DNA from: Bryobacterales bacterium
Lineage (GTDB): Bacteria; Acidobacteriota; Terriglobia; Bryobacterales; UBA6623
DNA length: 64,000 nt
NCBI GenBank assembly: GCA_963422375.2
Contig: OY729427.2
Coordinates: forward strand, 1,664,001-1,728,000
Reading direction: 5' to 3'
Below the pieces are notes generated by a model that was given only the letters and a program-made list of their open reading frames with translations, searched no databases and was not told where the DNA came from. Made by a program: the position numbers and the translations under genes. Positions 1-8,847 of this stretch are shown in pieces; the first letter of the stretch is position 1; every line of letters starts with the position of its first letter.

Positions 1-351
1 GTCAGTCATGGCCGGGTCCCGGAACCGCGATGATCTCGCACGTGCCCAGCTGACAGTGGAGTCGTCGATTGCGAGCCTTGCAGCCGCGGGGAACCTCGAC
101 GACGGCAGTTTCTCAGCAATGCCCTGCCATATCTCTCCCGTCGGTATGCGGTGCCCAGACTTCTGGATATCGACAGATTTAGGATGTCGCGGGTTTCGAG
201 CGGGACACCCGGTCCGAGAGCGGGTTCCGGGCCGGCTCAGGCGGGCGGGGGCTCGGTTCCGGGCGCGCTCGGGGAACCGCCCGCCAGCGGAAGCGGCGGG
301 GAGGGCGCGGGCGGCTCCGGCGCGACTAGCAACTCGTAGACCAGGCGCAGG

Positions 352-2425
352 CTGCCTTTCGCCCAGAAACTATGGCTTGACAAAAATGACGGGAAGTGTT
401 CTCAATGAGGCCTGCACCAGCAGCACTGCATCCTCGAGACTCTGACCCTTCCGGAGTCCGTCGCGCGCGTCAAGGCCCTGCAGGAGGACGAGGACCTGCC
501 CCGGCGCAGCGACATCGCCCGCCGCGTCTGCACCGAGTTCGGCTTCTTCGACGCCTTGGGCCGTCCCCAGCTCGCCAGCTGCTCAAGGCCCTGCGCATCC
601 TCGACGACCGCGGCCAACTCGAGCTGCCCGCCCCGCTCCACAAGGGCGGGCACGGCTCCCCGCGCCGCCTCGACCGCCCCGTCCCGCCGCCGCAAGGCGT
701 CCCCGCCAGCGTCGAGGACGCGCGCGGCCTGGCCCTCGAACTCGTCGCCGCCGCCGAGCGCCGCCTGGTCTGGAACGAACTCGCCGCCGCCGAGCATCCC
801 CAGGGTGCCGTCTGCCACGCCGGCGCCCGGTTGCGCTACCTGCTCGTCTCCGACCACGGCATCCTCGGCGCCCTCGGCTTCGCCGCCGCCCTGCAACTGG
901 CCGACCGCGACCGCTGGATCGGCTGGGACGACTTCCAGCGCCGCCGCCTGCTGCACCGCGTGGCGGCCCTCGGCCGCTTCCCGGTGCGGCCCGCCGCGCA
1001 GTGCCGCAACCTCGCCTCCAAGGCGCTGGCCCTCTGCCTGCGCCGCCTGCCGGACGACTTCCGGCGCCGCTACGGCTACGAGCCCCTGCTGCTCGATACC
1101 TTCGTCGATCGCAGCTGCCACGACGGGGCCTGCTTGGTCGCCGCCAACTGGATCGCGGCCGGGCGGACCGCCGGGCGCGGCCGCTTCGCCCCGACCGGCA
1201 CCGCCGTGCCGCCCGAGACCGTCTTCCTGCTCCCCCTGCGGGCGGACTGGCGCGCGGAACTCGGCGTGCCCGCGCCGCGCCTGCCCGCCCTCGACCCCGC
1301 CGCAGGCCTCGACCGCGACGCCTGGGCCGCGCAGGAGTTCGGCGGCGCCCCCCTCGGCGATGTACGCTTGACGCAGCGCCTGGTGCGCTGCGCCGCCGTG
1401 CAAGCCGACGTCCCGCGCTCCTCCTTCCCTTCCGCCGCGCAGGCCGACAAGGCCCTGGTCAAGGGCTACTACCGCCTGCTCGACCGGCCCGCCGCCGCGC
1501 AGGTCACGCCGGCGAGCATCCTCGCCCCGCACCGCGCCCGCACCCTGCAGCGCATGCAGGGCCAGGACACCGTGCTGTGCCTCCAGGACGGCACCGACCT
1601 CAACTGCACCGAGCGGCCCGGCTGCGCCGGGCTGGGCTTGGCCGGCCAGAACGCCAACTCCAAGGGCACGAAGGGCACGCCGGGCCTGCACATGCATTCC
1701 ACGCTGGCGGTCAACGGGGAGGGCCTGCCGCTGGGCGTGCCGCTGATCCAGTTCGACGCGCCGGACGGCAAGGCGCGGAAGGACGAGCCGCCCGCGGAGC
1801 GCAAGACGCAGCGCCGGGTGCGCGGGCTGCGCGACTGCGCCGACCTGGCCGCGCAGCTGGACCTGGCGCTGGTGCACGTGCGCGAGTACGACGCGCCCGC
1901 GGGCGTCGAGGAGGTCGAGGAGCTGGAATGGTTCCTGCTGACCAGCCTGCCGGTGCGCGGCAAGGCCGACGCCCCGCGCTCCCGAGCGCCTGCTGCGCTG
2001 GTACGGCCTGCGCTGGCGCATCGAGGACTGGCATCGCGTGCTCAAGTCCGGCTGCAAGATCGAGGGCCCGTGCAACCGCCGGGCCGAGCGCATCGAGCGC
2101 GCCGTGACGATCAACGCGGTGATCGCCTGGCGCCTGCCGGCCATGACGCTGCTGGGGCGCGACACGCCGGAGCTGCCGGCGGAGATCCTGTTCTCCGACT
2201 TCGAGCTCGGAGCACTGCGCGACTTCGCCCGGGACCGGCGGCTGCCGGTCCCGGGCGGCTACCTGTGGCGCCCCAACGCGGGGCCGCCCGGCCACGAGAT
2301 CGTCTGGGAGGGCTACACGCGCCTCGTGGCCATCGCCCAGGCCTTCGAGCGGGCGGTGCGACTGGAACGGAACTCCGATCTGTACCACCGTCTACGCCCA
2401 GACAAGACTTCTGGGCCATAGGCAG
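352..2425 (+). mobile_element. Degenerate IS4-family (Tn5/IS50-like) element whose transposase has an N-terminal DUF4338 (DruA/Mom-like) domain
   Basis: Imperfect 17-bp terminal inverted repeats: CTGCCTTTCGCCCAGAA (352-368) and revcomp CTGCCTATGGCCCAGAA (2409-2425). Motifs: YGYEPLLLDTFVD..GACLVAANW..GRTAGRG (DUF4338), WAAQEFGGAPLGDVRL (Tn5-type DNA-binding domain), QDGTDL, and WYGLRWRIEDWHRVLKSGC (YREK). Frameshifts near 583 and 1975; internal deletion removes the second Asp region. Confidence 0.88.
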
Positions 2426-2599
2426 GGCGCGGAGCCTGACTCTTCGAAGTGGCGCACCGACATCTTCTTCCCCGTGCGTTCCGCCGCCGAAGTCCCGCAA
2501 GTGGAGCCCGTTTCGCCTCTGGCTTGCGGCGACAGCTCCTGAAGCCCGCGGGCGTCGCAAGGTGGCCGGGCGGTGCCTGCGGCCTTGGTCGCGGCGGCT

Positions 2600-2800
2600 C
2601 TCCGCTGCGATAAGACGAAGAGCGATTCGATGCGTGCCGTCAGGTCAGTGTATCCCTCGCCCTCGCGGGCAACGATGGGTGACCCGAATTCGATCCGTAC
2701 GGAATCCCGTCGCGGCCGCGAATCGTGACGTGACAGGATCTCGTAGAGTCCTTGGAGGCGTACAGGCACGACAGGCGCTTCGATCCCCAGCGCCATCTGT
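2600..2800 (-). pseudogene. C-terminal remnant of a lysophospholipid acyltransferase-like domain
   Basis: LGIEAPVVPVRLQGLYEILSRHDSRPRRDSVRIEFGSPI resembles PlsC-type C-termini; the 5' part is replaced by the ISAzo13 fragment. Confidence 0.5.
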
Positions 2801-2809
2801 CCGATGCTT

Positions 2810-3158
2810 CTGCAATTGCTTCGGCGAGGAGGTCACCGTGCCGCATTTCTCCGCCGGTGCGCCGAATTGGAACACCATCGAGCACGGCCTGTTCAGCGCC
2901 TTCAGCCGCAACTGAGCCGGCTGTCCGCTCACCAAGTGGAAGACAATCCGCATCTACATCCGCACGCGCCCCGGGCTCCTGTCGATCTCCTGTCGATGCC
3001 GAGCTCGTCGCCGACACCTGCGAGACCGGCGCGAAGGTCTCCGACAAGCAGATGAAGCAACTCGCGATTACCTACCACGACCGCGTGCGCAAGTGGCAGT
3101 ACACGATCAAGCCGCATTCGGCCCAAAGTTGAGAAGGTACTTCTGCGTGACCCCTTAG
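2810..3158 (+). mobile_element. ISAzo13-family transposase 3' fragment (pseudogene)
   Basis: VTVPHFSAGAPNWNTIEHGLFSAFSRN and DTCETGAKVSDKQMKQLAITYHDRVRKWQYTIKP match the ISAzo13 C-terminus (KWNKIEHRLF ... TGIKVSD ... WNYTI); stops and frameshifts present. Confidence 0.8.
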
Positions 3159-3200
3159 GCACGCGGGGAATCGCGCCTGACCGCTGGAGTGGCCCGCCGC

Positions 3201-4616
3201 TCAGGCCAGATGCATCACGACCATCTTGGTCTCGGTCATCTCCTCTACGGCGTATTTCGGTCCCTCCTTGCCGAAGCCGCTCTCCTTCAGTCCGCCGTAG
3301 GGCATCAGGTCCGCGCGCCACTGGGTGCCCCAGTTGATGTGGATGTTGCCCGAGTCGACCTCGCGCGCGAAACGCATTGCGTTGTCGAGGCTCTCCGTGA
3401 ACACCGCCGCCGAGAGTCCGTAGTTGGTGTCGTTGGCGCCCGCGATCGCCTCGTCGATCGAATCGAAGCGGGTCAGCCCGACCGCCGGGCCGAACAGCTC
3501 GTCGCACGAGATGCGCATGTCGCTGCGCACGTCGGCCACGATCGCCGGCTCGACGACGGCCCGTTCGCGCGAGCCGCCCGTCAGCACGCGGCCGCCCGAG
3601 GCGGCGGCGTCCCGGATCCACTGCTCGACCCGCGCCGCGTCGGATTCGCGCACCATCGGCCCGACCCGCACGCTCTCGTCGAGCGGGTCGCCCGTTCGCA
3701 GCGCGCCCACGCGGGGCCGGAGGCAATCCAGCAGGTCGCTGTAGACCTTGCCGTGGGTCAGGATGCGCTGCGCGCTGATGCAGACTTGGCCCGCGTTGGA
3801 ATAGCCCGTTGCCACGATTGCGCTGGCGGCCTTGTCGAGGTCGGCGTCCGGCAGCACGACGACGGGCGAGTTGCTGCCGAGCTCCATGGTGACCTTCTTG
3901 AGCCCGGCGGTCTTGCAGATGGCCTCGCCGACGTCGCGGCTGCCCGTGAAGCTGATCTTGCGGATGCGCGGGTCGGCGCACAGCTGGCGCCCGATTTCGC
4001 CGCCTGATCCCGTCACGACCTGGATTGCCTCGGGCGGCAGGCCGGCATCGAGGAGGATCAGCGCGAATTTCAGGGCCACTAGCGGCGTGTCCGTCGCGGG
4101 CTTGAGGATGACGCTGTTCCCGGCCGCGAACGCAGGTCCGACCTTGTGGCAGACGAGGTTCAGCGGGAAATTGAACGGCGTCACCGCCAGGACGACGCCG
4201 CAGGGCACCCGCAGGGTGAACCCGAAGCGGTTGCCCGCGCCCGGGGCGCCGTCGAGAGGGACGACCTCCGAACCCAGCCGCTTGGCTTCCTCGGCGGAGC
4301 CGACGATGGTCTCCCGGGCGCGATCGACCTCCATGCGCGCCTCGCCGATGATCTTGCCCTCCTCGAGGGTGATCGTCCGCGCGAGATCCTCGAGACGCTC
4401 CTCCATCAGCGCGGCCGCCCGCATGAGGAGCTTGGACCGCTCGTAGCCGGGAATCGCCCGGACGCGCTTCGCGCCCTCGGCGGCGTACGCGACGGCCCGG
4501 TCGACGTCTTCGCTGGACGCACTCGGGATGGTGTCGACCTCGCTCCCGTCGTAGGGGTTCAGTACGGGGATGGTACCGGCCCCTCGGGCCCAGTCGCCGG
4601 CGATCAGCATTTCCAT
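3201..4616 (-). CDS. NAD(P)-dependent aldehyde dehydrogenase
   Basis: TPFNFP, KPA, FTGS, catalytic ELG, GQVCIS, ELFGP and PYGGLKESGFG motifs; ATG at 4616 with a GGAGG SD. Confidence 0.95.
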   Translation of the reverse strand: MEMLIAGDWARGAGTIPVLNPYDGSEVDTIPSASSEDVDRAVAYAAEGAKRVRAIPGYERSKLLMRAAALMEERLEDLARTITLEEGKIIGEARMEVDRARETIVGSAEEAKRLGSEVVPLDGAPGAGNRFGFTLRVPCGVVLAVTPFNFPLNLVCHKVGPAFAAGNSVILKPATDTPLVALKFALILLDAGLPPEAIQVVTGSGGEIGRQLCADPRIRKISFTGSRDVGEAICKTAGLKKVTMELGSNSPVVVLPDADLDKAASAIVATGYSNAGQVCISAQRILTHGKVYSDLLDCLRPRVGALRTGDPLDESVRVGPMVRESDAARVEQWIRDAAASGGRVLTGGSRERAVVEPAIVADVRSDMRISCDELFGPAVGLTRFDSIDEAIAGANDTNYGLSAAVFTESLDNAMRFAREVDSGNIHINWGTQWRADLMPYGGLKESGFGKEGPKYAVEEMTETKMVVMHLA

Positions 4617-4774
4617 GTGCGGCCTCCCGCGCCGCTCCCGGCGCGAATACTGAATCATGGCGAGTTTTCGGCGCGGCTGTCAAGAAGGGGCAGCCGCCGG
4701 CGGGAATGTACAATCGCAAGTTCGCGCGGGCTGGCCCGGATGCTCTCCGGCTGTCGTCGCGGCGGCCCGCTCGC

Positions 4775-6235
4775 ATGTCCGAGAATTCCCAGGCCGGCGG
4801 CCGCAGGGTCGTGGCGGTCGGTCCCATGCCGCCCGAGAAGAGCGCCTACGCGCTCGCGCGCTACAGCCGGTCACCCGACTCGATCCGCGCCAGCTTGGAG
4901 TGGGTGCGCAGCCGCAGCTCGGAGCGGTTCCTCGAGAGCTTCTACTTCCAGTACGGGCATGCGTCGATCGCGGATCTCGGGCACTGCATCTTCTGCTTCG
5001 AGGGCGTTTCGGAACTCGCGGCCATCGAGATCGAGGACGAGCGGCTATGGGACGGCCAGGCCAAGTCCAGCCGCTACCAGGACTTCTCGCTCGGAAGCGT
5101 GGTCGTGCCCGACGAACTGCGCGGCATGCCCTTGGAACGGACCTACCTAGAAGCTGCCGGCAGACTCCTGCAGGCCTACCGGCAGGTCAGGGAAGCGGTC
5201 CGAGGCCATCTGGAAGAACTCAACCCCAAGCCCCGGGGCATGCCCGCAAGGGCGTACGCCCGCGCGCTGACGGCCCGCGCCTGCGACGATGCCCGCTACC
5301 TCCTGTTCGGGGGCATCCCGACGAATGTCGGCCAGGTCTCGAGCATCCGGACGCTCGAGAAGCAGATGCGGCGCATGGGAGTGTCCGAGTACGGCGAGGT
5401 GCGCTCCCTCGCCGCCGAGATGCACGAGGCCTGCGCGCGGCCCCCGGCCTTCGGCTGGGACGAGACGCCCGCGAGCGAGCCGATCGCGCCGACGCTGGCC
5501 CGGCACGCCGACCCGGACCTCCCCAGGGCCGCGGCGCTGGATCGCGTGGCGGCTTGGGCGCGCCAGAACTTTCCCGCCGGCGACTCCTCCCCGGTGCGCG
5601 ACGTGGACCTTGTCGTGCCGGAGGACCCGCTGGACGAGACGGTGGCGACCTGGCTCTATGCGGTAACGGACCTGCCTTTCCGGCTGATACTGGACGAAGT
5701 GAGCAACTGGAGCCGCGCGCGCCGGGCGGAGGTGCTGGACGTCGCTCTCGAGGGGCGCGGCCGCCGCGACGAGCTGATGAACCCCTTCCGCAGCGGCTAC
5801 CGCTACGCCTTCGACATCGTCTGCGACCTAGGGGCGTATCGCGACCTGCACCGCCATCGCCGCTGCCAGCAGGTCCGGCAGAAGTTCGGCGACGCGCTGG
5901 GTTTCGACGCCCCGGACTGGGTCGGCGCCGCCGGTGTCGCGGGAGTGTTCACGGCCGCGGTGGCGGCCGCGCGAGAGGCTCGCGGGAAGGTCCGGGCGGT
6001 TTCGGAGGAAGCCGGACACTACCTGCTGCCGTTCGCGACGAGATGCCGCTCCCTCTTCAAAATGGACTTCGCGGAGGCGGAATACATCGCCCGGGTCCGG
6101 TCTGGAGTCAAGGGTCACTACTCGTACCGCCGGATCGCGTGGGAGATGCGGGAGCGCGTCTCCGAGTTGGACCCGGAGCTGGGGCGGCTGATGCAGGCCA
6201 CCCCTCCCTCGGAGAAAGACCCGCTGACTCGCTGA
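4775..6235 (+). CDS. thyX: FAD-dependent thymidylate synthase, tandem Thy1/ThyX-domain form
   Basis: ALARYSRS, FYFQYGHASIADL, SSRYQ, DDARYLL in domain 1; YRDLHRHR and YLLPFA in domain 2. Start codon uncertain. Confidence 0.85.
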   Translation: MSENSQAGGRRVVAVGPMPPEKSAYALARYSRSPDSIRASLEWVRSRSSERFLESFYFQYGHASIADLGHCIFCFEGVSELAAIEIEDERLWDGQAKSSRYQDFSLGSVVVPDELRGMPLERTYLEAAGRLLQAYRQVREAVRGHLEELNPKPRGMPARAYARALTARACDDARYLLFGGIPTNVGQVSSIRTLEKQMRRMGVSEYGEVRSLAAEMHEACARPPAFGWDETPASEPIAPTLARHADPDLPRAAALDRVAAWARQNFPAGDSSPVRDVDLVVPEDPLDETVATWLYAVTDLPFRLILDEVSNWSRARRAEVLDVALEGRGRRDELMNPFRSGYRYAFDIVCDLGAYRDLHRHRRCQQVRQKFGDALGFDAPDWVGAAGVAGVFTAAVAAAREARGKVRAVSEEAGHYLLPFATRCRSLFKMDFAEAEYIARVRSGVKGHYSYRRIAWEMRERVSELDPELGRLMQATPPSEKDPLTR

Positions 6236-6250
6236 GCCGGGCTGGAACCG

Positions 6251-6904
6251 ATGATCCGCGGCGCGATCTTCGATCTCGACGGGACTCTGGGCGACACCCT
6301 GCCGGTGTGCTTCGCGGCGTTCGCTCGCGTTCTCGGCCGGCGGCTCGGCCGCGCCTTCGCCGACAGCGAGATCCGTGCCATGTTCGGCCCGAGCGAGGAA
6401 GGGATACTGGGCGGGCTCTGCGGCGACGACCGGGAGGCGGCCGTCGCGGAATACCTGCGCGAGTACAGGCTGGCGCATGCCATGTGCCCGCGGCCGTTCC
6501 CGGGCATGCGGGAGGTGCTCCAGATGCTGCGCGAGCGGGGCGTCGAGCTGGCGATCGTAACCGGCAAGGGAGCGCGCAGCGCGCGCATCTCGTTGGAGAT
6601 CTTCGGACTCGAGGGCGTCTTTCCGGTGGTGGAGGCCGGCTCGCCCGCGGGCGGGGTCAAGCCTCAGGCCATGCGGCGGGTGCTCGACCGCTGGCCGATG
6701 CCGCTGTCCGACGTGGTGGCGGTCGGGGACTCCCCGTCCGACATCCGGTCCGCAGCGCGGGTGGGCGTCGCGAGTGTCGCGGCGGCTTGGGCGCCAGGCG
6801 CGGACGCCGCGAGGCTGGCCGCCTGCCGCCCCGGCCGCCTGTTCCGCGAGGTCGGCGAGCTAGGTGCTTGGCTGGAGGAAGCCGTCGCGCCGGTCAGACG
6901 ATGA
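6251..6904 (+). CDS. HAD-superfamily hydrolase (phosphoglycolate phosphatase-like)
   Basis: FDLDGTL motif I, VTGK, KP, VGDSPSD motif IV. Confidence 0.92.
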   Translation: MIRGAIFDLDGTLGDTLPVCFAAFARVLGRRLGRAFADSEIRAMFGPSEEGILGGLCGDDREAAVAEYLREYRLAHAMCPRPFPGMREVLQMLRERGVELAIVTGKGARSARISLEIFGLEGVFPVVEAGSPAGGVKPQAMRRVLDRWPMPLSDVVAVGDSPSDIRSAARVGVASVAAAWAPGADAARLAACRPGRLFREVGELGAWLEEAVAPVRR

Positions 6905-7937
6905 GCATGCAGTCGCCGTACGAATAGAAGCGGTAGCGCTTGCGCACCGCGTGGGCGTAGGCCTCCAGGACGAGCTCCGTTCCCGCGAACGCCGCCACCA
7001 GCATCAGCAGGGTCGACTTGGGCAGGTGGAAGTTGGTCAGCAGCCCGCCGGTCGCGCGGAAGCGGTGCCCGGGCGTGATGAACAGGTCGGTCTTGCCCCT
7101 CGCCGGTCCCAGCGGACCCTCGGTCCGTGCGGCCGCGGACTCGATCGCCCGCACCGCGGTGGTCCCGACGGCGATGGTTCGCTGCGCCGCCCGCAGCGCT
7201 GCGCACGCTTGCGCGGATACGTCGAAGCGCTCCGCATGCATGCGGTGATCCCGGACCCGCCGCACCGCTACCGGCCGGAAGGTGCCTGCCCCGACGTGCA
7301 GCGTGATCGCGGCGACGGCGACGCCTCGGGCGCGGACGGCCTCCAAGACGGCCGCGTCGAAATGCAGCCCGGCGGTGGGGGCCGCGACCGACCCGCCCCG
7401 TCGTGCGAACACGGTCTGGTAGCGCTCGCGGTCGGCTCCGTCGGCCTCCCGGCGGATGTACGGGGGCAGGGGAACGCGGCCGCGCTCGGCCAGCAGCCGC
7501 TCGACGCCTGCCGCGTCGAGACCCGGGAACTCGACGATCCGGATCCCGTCTCCGAGGCGGTCGAGGATCCGCGCCTCGATCCCTCCCACGTCCACCGTCG
7601 CGCCCTCCGGCAGCTTCCGGCCCGGGCGCACGAGCGCTCTCCAGCGTGGGGGCGTACCGGGCACCGGCTCGAGCAGCAGGAGCTCGGCCGCTCCGCCGGG
7701 CCCCGCGGCCGCCGGCGGCCGCCGGCGGCCGCGCAACCGAGCCGCCAGAACGCGGCTGTCGTTCACGACGAGGCAGTCCCCGAGGCCGAGGCGGTCCGGC
7801 AGGTCGCGGAACAGCGCGTCCTCCCACGTCCCCGCACCCCGGTCGAGCACCAGCATGCGGGCACCCGAACGCTCCGCCGGGGGGCGCTGAGCGATCAGGC
7901 TGGCGGGCAGGTCGTAGTCGAAGTCCGACGCCTGCAA
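6894..7937 (-). CDS. queA: S-adenosylmethionine:tRNA ribosyltransferase-isomerase
   Basis: DFDYDLP..LIAQ, PLPPYI, YQTVFA, AAPTAGLHF, LHVGAGTF, TNFHLPKSTL, YRFYSYGD. Confidence 0.97.
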   Translation of the reverse strand: MQASDFDYDLPASLIAQRPPAERSGARMLVLDRGAGTWEDALFRDLPDRLGLGDCLVVNDSRVLAARLRGRRRPPAAAGPGGAAELLLLEPVPGTPPRWRALVRPGRKLPEGATVDVGGIEARILDRLGDGIRIVEFPGLDAAGVERLLAERGRVPLPPYIRREADGADRERYQTVFARRGGSVAAPTAGLHFDAAVLEAVRARGVAVAAITLHVGAGTFRPVAVRRVRDHRMHAERFDVSAQACAALRAAQRTIAVGTTAVRAIESAAARTEGPLGPARGKTDLFITPGHRFRATGGLLTNFHLPKSTLLMLVAAFAGTELVLEAYAHAVRKRYRFYSYGDCMLIV

Positions 7938-7975
7938 GCCCCATTCTAGGAACGATCGCGGCGCCTGCCGCGGAA

Positions 7976-8014
7976 TTCACAGACCCTTAATCAACCTGAC
8001 ACCTGCGGTTAACG
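7976..8014 (+). promoter_or_regulatory. Candidate Pho-box-like direct-repeat array upstream of the response regulator
   Basis: TTCACA (7976), TTAATC (7987), TGACAC (7997) and TTAACG (8009) at ~11-bp periodicity in an AT-richer spacer; a TAGCCT -10-like hexamer follows. Confidence 0.5.
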
Positions 8015-8044
8015 CCCTGCGCGCTAGCCTCGATTTAAACGCTG

Positions 8045-8731
8045 ATGTCGCCGAAGGTCGTGGTCGTCGAAGACGACAGGGATCTGGCCGGCCTCCTCCG
8101 CTATGCGTTCGAGCAGGAAGGGTTCGCCTTCGCCGACACGCACGACGGCCTGACCGCGCCGGAGTTCTGCCAGCGCGAGCAGCCGGACGTGATCGTGCTG
8201 GACGTCATGCTGCCCGGCCTGGACGGATTCTCTGTCTGCCGTCTCATTCGCCAGGTCCCGTGCCTGCGCGAGACGCCGGTCGTTTTCCTGACGGCCCGCT
8301 CCGCGGAGGCCGACCGGCTCCGCGGCTTGGAGATTGGCGGCGACGACTATGTCGTCAAGCCCTTCTCCGTCCGCGAGCTCGTCGCGCGGGTCAAGCTCCG
8401 GTTGCGCGGCCGCGGCGGGCTCCAGACGGTGTACCGTCTGGGCGCGCTCGAGCTCGACCAGGAGCGCCGAGAGGTGCGCTTGCGCGGCCGGCCCGTTGGG
8501 GTGACTGCCACGGAGTTCCAGATCTTGGAACGGATGCTGCGCCAGCCCGGCCGCGTCTTCAGCCGCGACAGCCTGCTGAACGCCGTGTGGGGCGTCGCCT
8601 GCAACGTCACGGACCGCACGGTGGACGTGCATATCCGGCGCTTGCGCCGGAAGCTGGAGAAGGACCCATCGCGGCCCAGGTACATCCGCTCGGTGCGCGG
8701 CTTCGGCTACACCGTGCGCGACGCGGACTGA
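8045..8731 (+). CDS. OmpR/PhoB-family response regulator
   Basis: VVEDD, LDVMLPGLDG, GGDDYVVKPFS; winged-helix tail RTVDVHIRRLRRKLE..YIRSVRGFGY. Confidence 0.95.
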   Translation: MSPKVVVVEDDRDLAGLLRYAFEQEGFAFADTHDGLTAPEFCQREQPDVIVLDVMLPGLDGFSVCRLIRQVPCLRETPVVFLTARSAEADRLRGLEIGGDDYVVKPFSVRELVARVKLRLRGRGGLQTVYRLGALELDQERREVRLRGRPVGVTATEFQILERMLRQPGRVFSRDSLLNAVWGVACNVTDRTVDVHIRRLRRKLEKDPSRPRYIRSVRGFGYTVRDAD

Positions 8732-8847
8732 GCTGCATGGGAGCGTTGCGCGGACGGACGCGGCGACGAGAGCGTCGGGATCAGCCCGAGACGTAGCCGG
8801 GCGGTCCCGGCCATGCGATTCGGGGGAATGAGCGAAGGGACTCTGCA

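Noticed and set aside
1..351. Gene at the window start
   Set aside because: Short Gly/Pro-rich frames on both strands without motifs; cannot tell which, if any, is real.
396..1300. DUF4338/DruA domain as a Druantia defence system
   Set aside because: No DruE helicase or other Dru genes are nearby; the domain lies inside IS ends and is fused to a transposase.
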